From assembly GCF_009914755.1 (NCBI RefSeq), contig NC_060925.1: DNA of 64,000 nucleotides. One strand, written 5' to 3'. The translations under genes were made by a program, and so were the position numbers. How positions within the stretch are numbered: the stretch's first letter is position 1; every line of letters starts with the position of its first letter. Origin of the DNA: the human T2T-CHM13v2.0 reference genome, Homo sapiens. The notes under the pieces were generated by a model. The model was not told the DNA's origin. It saw nothing but the letters and a program-made list of their open reading frames with translations, and searched no databases. This document shows positions 54,981-64,000 of this stretch, piece after piece.

Positions 54981-55395
54981 ATGTTATCAGTGTCATTGTT
55001 TTGAGGATGAATAAGAGCCTTTAAATTGACACACAGGTTATTCTTTAAATGGACACACAGGTTATTTTCTTATTTGGCATACAGCATATAGGAAAAGGAG
55101 GCGATGATATGAGAGTTCTGGCAAACAGGAAGAGGAAGTGGAAAGGCTACTCCTTTTGTCTCAGTTGAGTATGGGAAGGGGAAGAATAACAGAGTGGCCA
55201 CATGTGTACATCATGGCATCTGCCTTACAGGCCAGAATCTCAGGGATAGGGTGGCTAAATAGGTTGAGGGGATGTTGGAAGCAAAGGGACTTCTGCCTGG
55301 CTTTCTTGTTGGGAATCTCAGAGCAGACCACTTCACAGAATATTCTCATACCTGCCTGGGGCAGCTAACTCAGGATAAAAATGGTATGCTTACGC
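54981..55395. mobile_element. Probable old LTR
   Basis: Starts TG directly after the ERV internal relic; family not resolved. Confidence 0.4.
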
Positions 55396-55614
55396 TGAAA
55401 GGGAATCAGTACTTGAGGATCTCTCAGTTCCTGTGTGGCTGGAGAAGGACACAGGCATTACACATGGATACATGGCACCCTTCCTCCCACTCATGGTTCT
55501 GGAAGGTAGTTGGGTTGAGAACAGTGAACTTGCCATGGGTCTGCAACAGGGCTGCCATAGCAAAAGGCCAGGCAACCATACCTCAATGGCTATGAAGGGA
55601 GAAGAGAGATTAGC

Positions 55615-55790
55615 TTCACACTGTCCAACGGAAATACAATGCAAAACACAAATAGGTGACATTAATTTTAACAACATAGTGCATTTAACCCAACATGTCA
55701 GAAATATTATTTCAACATGTAATCAATAGTATTTTACACTTACAGCACATCTCAGTGTGCTCAGTAGCTTCATGGGGGAAGCACAGGTCT
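55615..55790. mobile_element. MER33/MER3-like hAT MITE
   Basis: ctgtccaa...aattttaacaac...ttatttcaacatgtaatcaata...ttacagcacatctca. Confidence 0.7.
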
Positions 55791-56059
55791 AGCTCTAGGG
55801 AGAATGGAGTCAGTGGAAGCCAAGTCAGTGTTGGCTCTGCTGGAGCTGAAAGGACAAGCCATCAGTGTTCCCACAATACCTCAGTGGAAATGGGCGCCAC
55901 GGGTAAGTGGTTAGCTAGATGAGGCACCCCCAGGCCAGTGCCTCAGTGCCCCCCAACTCCTGCCATGCTTGCTTGGTAGTGTGGGAACACATGAGAAATA
56001 CTAGTTGGGTTATAAAAAAATACTTAAATTTTCTTCACAAAAAATATCTAAGATGATTG

Positions 56060-57945
56060 AGATTAAGCATCTTTTAATATGTCTTTCATAGACCTTCTAT
56101 TCTGTTTAAACACTTACCAATTCATACATGTCTATTCATCTATTTGCCAATTTTTCTATTGGATAATTTCACTTTTCCTCATGAATTAGCAGGAGTTAGT
56201 TTCATGTATTCTGAAGGTTCATGTATTCTGATTTTAATACTTTGCCTATTATTTATGTTGCAAGCATTGTCTTTTTACTGTGTTCATGAAATCTTTTTGT
56301 TTGGAAATTTGCTTAATGTTAGGGAGCCACACTTACTAACCTTTTTCTTTATGGCCTTTGCATTGGGCATCTTGTTTAAGACCTTCACACTTGCTAGCAT
56401 ATAAACATAACCACCTATATTTTCTCCTGATATTTTAAAAAGTTTGTTTTTCATTGTTAGCTGTTTAATAGATCTGAGATTTTTTTCTGTGAAAGATGTG
56501 AGGTAAAAGTCTAACTTTTCTATTATTTCCAATGGATAACAAATTGTTTCTTTGCCTTTTATGAAGCAGCCCATGCCTCCACTGATCTGAAATTTCACAT
56601 TGAGCATGTGTAAATTCCCCTGTAGTCATGGCTTTGTTTCTATTAGTCTATTTGCTTACGCTTTAAAGTACATTATAATATCTGATAAAGTCCACAGTCA
56701 CTGGTCTTTGTTTCAAAAATTTATTGGCTCTTTCTGTGAATTTTTCCCCAGGGAATTAACCAATTATCTTCTTCCTGTAGTGTCTGCACATTTATTGTTA
56801 GGTTATTTTATAGTTTTATATTCTTAAATGATATTTTTCAATTATATTTTCTAGTTAATCATTGCTGATATATTTAAAAATCTACTTTTTAATAATATTT
56901 TGCTTGAATATCTTGCTAAACGCTTATTAGTTCTAATGCCTTGTCAGTTAATTACCACAGTTTTTCTAGGTAGAGAATAATACATTCTATAAACCATGAT
57001 AGTTTTGTTTTTTTCTTTTCAACTACTTATCTTTTATTTCCTTTTATTTTCTTGTCACAATGGCTTGGACCTCCAGGACAATGTTATATGATAGCTTGAG
57101 AATAGTTTTTTGTTTTTTGTTTTTTTTGTCTCTGAAAATGAATCAGAATGCTTTCAACATTAAATTGTAATATCCCAGTCCCCAGAATAGTGTCTAGAAC
57201 ATAGCTAAACTAATATTACTAAATATACGTTACTAAATGAATAAAGGTCCCCATTAAATACATTTTCCCACTGTAGGTTTTTTCTATTTTTCATTCATCA
57301 TATTAAGGAATTTCCCTCCTACTCCTAGTTTTCTAAGAATTTTTATTTCTCATTATGAATGAGTGTTGGATTCTGTGGAATATTTTTCTCAGCATGAACT
57401 GAGATGATATAAATTGTGGTAAATTACATGAATGGATTTCCTGTTACTAAACCATTTTTGGATTTCTGGGATAAATTCTACTTGGTCATGATGTAATTTT
57501 AAAAATGCATCTCTATGCATGTGATTTGCTAATGCTTTAAAATCAATGTTCATAAGAGAGATGGGTCTATATTTTTCTTTTCTTGTGTTGTTTTACTGTG
57601 AATATATTTGTCTCCTAAAACGAGTTAATAGCTTTCTACATTTTTCTGTGATGTGAGATACATCCATTTCTTCACCATTTGGTAGAACTCACTTGTAAAG
57701 CTGTTTGACCTAGTGTCTTTTCTTCAGGGGTAGATATTTGACTTCTTTTTCAGTATATTCTATGATTATTTTTCTATTCAGGTTTTCTACTCCTTGTGGT
57801 AATTTTAATAACGTATGTTTTCCCCCAACTCATCCATTTCTCCTATTTTTTAAAGAAGTTGTATATAGCATTCTCTTATCTGTTTTTACTGCCTTAAATA
57901 TCTGCAATTGTATTTCTTTCCTGGTTCCTAATAAGAGTTATGAGG
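56060..57945 (-). mobile_element. Old L1M ORF2 fragment
   Basis: ORF 56284-56607(-) KLDFYLTSFTEKNLRSIKQL...; T-rich antisense L1. Confidence 0.78.
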
Positions 57946-57949
57946 GTTT

Positions 57950-58256
<307 letters not shown>

Positions 58257-58264
58257 GATTCTTA

Positions 58265-58640
58265 ATTGATGTTGCCCAGATTTGCTAAGTTACGGCAAAA
58301 TTGCTGGTTATCTCCCACTATCCTTTTCCTTCTCCAGGAAGTAACGAAATCCCTAAGTTTTGGTTGTGAATGTGGCCAACAAGAATGAGGCTGTATTTCC
58401 TAGCCTTATGTGCAGCTTGGTTGTGGCCACACAACTAAGTACTCACCAATGGGATATAACCATATGTGGCGTGTACAACTTCTAGGAAGTGTCCTTAAAA
58501 GGAAGGGGTGTACTCTTTTCCTGTCTCTTCCTCCTTTCTGCTGGCTGGAATGTGAGTATGACGGCTAAGGTTAGGGCAGAAAACTTGACCAAGACATAGA
58601 AGCTACATGCTACCTATGATGGAGTTACAGAATTGAAAGA
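58265..58640. mobile_element. Old MaLR LTR (MLT1I/J-like)
   Basis: tatttcctagcctt...tgtggccacacaactaagt...ctgctggctggaatgtg. Confidence 0.65.
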
Positions 58641-59335
58641 GCATCCAGTTGCACACTATAAGGACAAATGTTTTTCTTCAGTTTAGAAATTCTCAGCCGC
58701 CATCTCTTCAAATATTGCTCTTTGGCCATTTTCATTCTTTCTCCATCTAGCATTTCTGTTAGATACAAGTTAGAACTTTTAAACCTTTAAACTTAGAACT
58801 TGTATCTATTAGATACAAGTTAGTTAGTTAGTTAGAACTTTTAAATCTTACTTTCCATGTCCCTTTATTTCGCTTTCATGTAGTCTAACTCTTTTGCTTT
58901 CAGTGCTACATTCTGGATGAATTTCTCAACATTAGTTACTTGTCAATATATAAGTTTTATGCCTGACTGTCAGTGTTTGGGGTGCTCAAGTGGAGAAGAC
59001 TTCTAGATAAAAGAGTTTTAGATATTCTTGGAGCTCAATAATGGGCTTACCACTGGTATATAGCATTTACATTAACATTTCAGAGCTGAACTATAGAGTA
59101 GATTCCAAACAATGAATCAGTATAAGATTTCTTGGCAGTAACTGACTTGGGATGGTTATGTGGACTCTGTTTTCTTATGCAGGGCAATCAGATATAGGGC
59201 ACATGTTCTGAATGTCCTTGTGCTGGACTTCCTATTCCAGTGCTGTGGAACGGGGGTTCTTTGTAAACCTTCCTCCTTCCACGTAGAGAAAAGGAATCCT
59301 ATTCAATTTCTAATTTAAAATGGAAAATTACTCAC

Positions 59336-59403
59336 CAAAGGAAACATCACCAAAGTGCAGAGCTGGAACATTAAAATGGAAGGTAGGTCCAATGACACAG
59401 CCT
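59336..59403 (-). CDS. HYDIN: HYDIN/HYDIN2 coding exon (exon 13 equivalent), (x)GCVIGPTFHFNVPALHFGDVSF(G)
   Basis: 68 nt; acceptor ttcctccttccag, donor G|gtgagt; peptide recognised as Hydin; phase joins the next exon. Confidence 0.93.
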
Positions 59404-60102
59404 CTGGAAGGAGGAATACAAGGTGGGGGAGAGGGAGAGAATCCAGTGAATCAGAGTCACAATCAGGAAGTAGGGCAAGGATAAGTACAAAAACCATACC
59501 TTGACTTTATGTCAATTATAGTATCCAGGATTTAAAGAAATGATGACATGATGGTCTATCACAGTGGTTCTTAAAATTCTTTTTCATGATTCAAACCATG
59601 GGTTTTGACAAACAATGCTGTGGTTAACTTATTATCTTATTTCTACCAATGAATAGGTGAGAGGCAGAGCAGATGGATCACCAAACAAGGGCACAAAATG
59701 TTGTTATTTTGAATGAGACACATATCATGTAAAGTTATTAATGTGTCAAGAAATAAAAATTATAGGTCTAATCATGTAATACACATCAAAGACTATCATT
59801 GATACTAGTAATCCCTGTCCATGCTTTCATATAAACTGTTCCAATTCCACTCTTACCACTGTGACATTCCTACCACTGTGACATTCACTCACTGTGATGT
59901 TGGCCAGCCACTTTATCTCTATCAGCTTCTGTTTCTCTTCCTCGTGTATAAAAGAGAGGACTGGACTAGGTGACACTGAATGACTCTTTACTCTAAATGT
60001 TGGTCTATTTCTCTCTCAGTGTAAGGCTTTATGATCTTGGAGAGATGCTGTAGCTTAAAATAAATAATAGAGAGATTCTATGACTTCTAGCTTAGAAGGT
60101 AT

Positions 60103-60605
60103 TGTAGGTAGAATAATGGCTCCCAGAGATATCTATGTCCTAATTCCCAGAACCTATGAATATATTAGGTTACAGGGCAAAGAGGAATTAAGGTAGCAGA
60201 TGGAATTAGGGTTGCTAATTAACTGAATTTAAGATGAGGAGATTATCCTGTCTTATCCTAGTAGGCCCACTGTAATCACAAGGGTGATTTTAAAAATAGA
60301 GGAAAGAGACAGAAGAGGAGGTCAGAGTGCTGCAATCTGAGAACTCAACCTGGCTTTGAACACAGAAGAAGGAAACTTTGAACACAGAAGAAGGAATCCA
60401 GGAATGTGAGCAGCCTCAGAAAGCCAAAAAAGGTTAGGAAATGGGTTCCCCTCTAGAGCCTTCAGAAGGAAACACAGCCCTGCCAACACTGATTTTAGCC
60501 TAGCTAGACCTGCATTAAGTCTATAAAACTGTAAAATATTAAGTATGTGTTGTTTAAAGCTACTAAATTTGTGATAATTTGTTACAACAGCAAAAGAAAA
60601 CTATT
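60103..60605 (+). mobile_element. MaLR LTR (MLT1C/D-like)
   Basis: tgtaggtagaataatggctcccagag...atttgttacaacagcaaaagaaaacta; internal duplication ctttgaacacagaagaaggaa. Confidence 0.85.
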
Positions 60606-62277
60606 CGGTTATCTTGTTTACCTTCAGAGCAATAATATTTTTCTCCATGATCCATGTAAAGACATGGATTGGTACCTTAGTGATACTTCCGGTTGCTTCA
60701 GCTCTGACTATAATGTGATGAGAGGTTGTTGTAAGCCTGGGAGGAATGGCCACAGCAAAGACTCACTGCAACAAGTTTCAGGTCTAACTTTCTCATGAGC
60801 ATTTATTATATCTCATGCTAACGATCTGAAGTGATTTTAAAGGGAGTGGTTGGGACTCAGCCAGGAATTGGGATCCAGTTGAGAATGAAGTCAACAAACA
60901 GGCCGACAGGCTATATGCTTCACTTGAAAAAAAGCTTTTAGGGACCAAAGTAACAAATAGATCAAAAGTGTCTGACATGCGCAAGATGCTAAAGAAAGTA
61001 GGAAAGAAGTTTAAAAAATTTACACAAAGCAGACATTTAATCAATGCAGAAGTTTAAACAACCAGAGATACATGACACTTGTTCAAAGGCACATGTAACT
61101 GAGGGAATTGTGGCTGAACCATCCCATCTGGACTTAGATATGGTCACATTAATTCTCACAGGGATTCAGAATGTTAGGACAATCTATGCCAAGGCTGTGT
61201 CATAAATCAGTGCAGGGGTCTGTTAAAACTATAATTTGAAAGACAAGAGAGAGAATGATTCAATTATTACAATACGTAAGTGAGACAAGTTGAATACAAA
61301 ATGTATCTGTGCTATGGTTCAAACTTTATAAAATCACATACATAAAAATAGGAGGGAAGAAAATTGCTTGTGGGTAATTTAAAAAATCACACTAATTTTA
61401 GTGTTGTTTATCCAACCACTGAAAATATTGTGTTATATAACTGGAAGAGTAAACAGAAAGAGTGAAAGTATAATATTTGTTATGATCTTTCAAGGCACAT
61501 TAGCTAAAATACTAGCTTATGCAGTACTGAGAAATGAGTACCTGGCAATAAAAAAGTAAGAAACAAAATTCCAGAACCTACGATATTAACTTTATAGACA
61601 TTTCCTGGGCTATGAGGCCCAAGAAAGTATTTCTGACAAAGTAAAATAACAAGTCAAGTCAGTGTTAATGTGTGGAGCTGAGAACAGATGATGTATTATA
61701 CATGCATTTTTGCCCTTTATGAGTAGACATTTATTCATGACACTAGATTTTTAACAGGTTTTCAAAATTATTGTTAGTGGTTTGAAATGCTACAAACCAC
61801 TAACAATTCAACACTATTGGACAAATGAAACACTGAGCTTTAAAGGAAGTGAACTGAGGAGGAAATTTATGTAAGTCTATTTCTCTTAGCAATTGATCAT
61901 GAGTTTGGTGATAAATCCCCATAAAGATTCTTTCCATAGTCAGGTTTGTTGAAGGAAACTAGAAATGAACATCCAAAATCAAGAAGTGGCATGTGAATTT
62001 TGGTAAATGGAAATGTCCAGAAGATAGAACAAGAGGCTTACCCTGCACAGAGCAGGTGGAGTACTAACTAGTCCAAGTTCACTTGTGAGCAGATTCCTGG
62101 GAGATCCCTAAATCCTATTATTCCCAATGGAAAACCCAAGTACACCTTAACCTATTTAGACATTGCAAGTGACATGCATGACTACTCTGGGATCTTTAGG
62201 AGAACAGATCAGAGATTTAAAAAATTCACCCAGGAAATTACAGAAGTATTATTCACTATTACAGCCTCCTGGAATTT

Positions 62278-64000
<1,723 letters not shown>

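Overview
Primate (most likely human) genomic DNA. The window lies entirely within a HYDIN-type gene on the minus strand and contains nine consecutive, intact coding exons (equivalent to HYDIN exons 13-21, c.1671-3186, 1516 nt). All have GT-AG boundaries and splice into one open frame (ASH/Hydin Ig-like repeat region). Three codons (N584, A690, D724) carry the alleles I remember as differing from the chr16 HYDIN reference, which suggests the human-specific 1q21.1 duplicate HYDIN2; this is from memory and needs alignment. Introns are rich in Alu, L1, L2/MIR, MaLR/ERV1 LTRs, DNA transposons and a decayed ERV1 provirus. The most unusual observation is in the 28.6 kb intron 18: a colinear series of decayed, same-strand, cysteine-rich exon remnants (about 26.1 kb down to 13.4 kb). 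By eye they resemble the VWC plus C-terminal cystine-knot end of gel-forming mucin/VWF/otogelin genes, i.e. a possible unannotated fossil nested gene. This is an inference that needs HMM and comparative confirmation. Also noted: candidate cryptic/poison exons, intron read-through short isoforms, a very young AluY and an L1PA2-like insertion. Repeat boundaries without TSDs are approximate and subfamily names are by eye.
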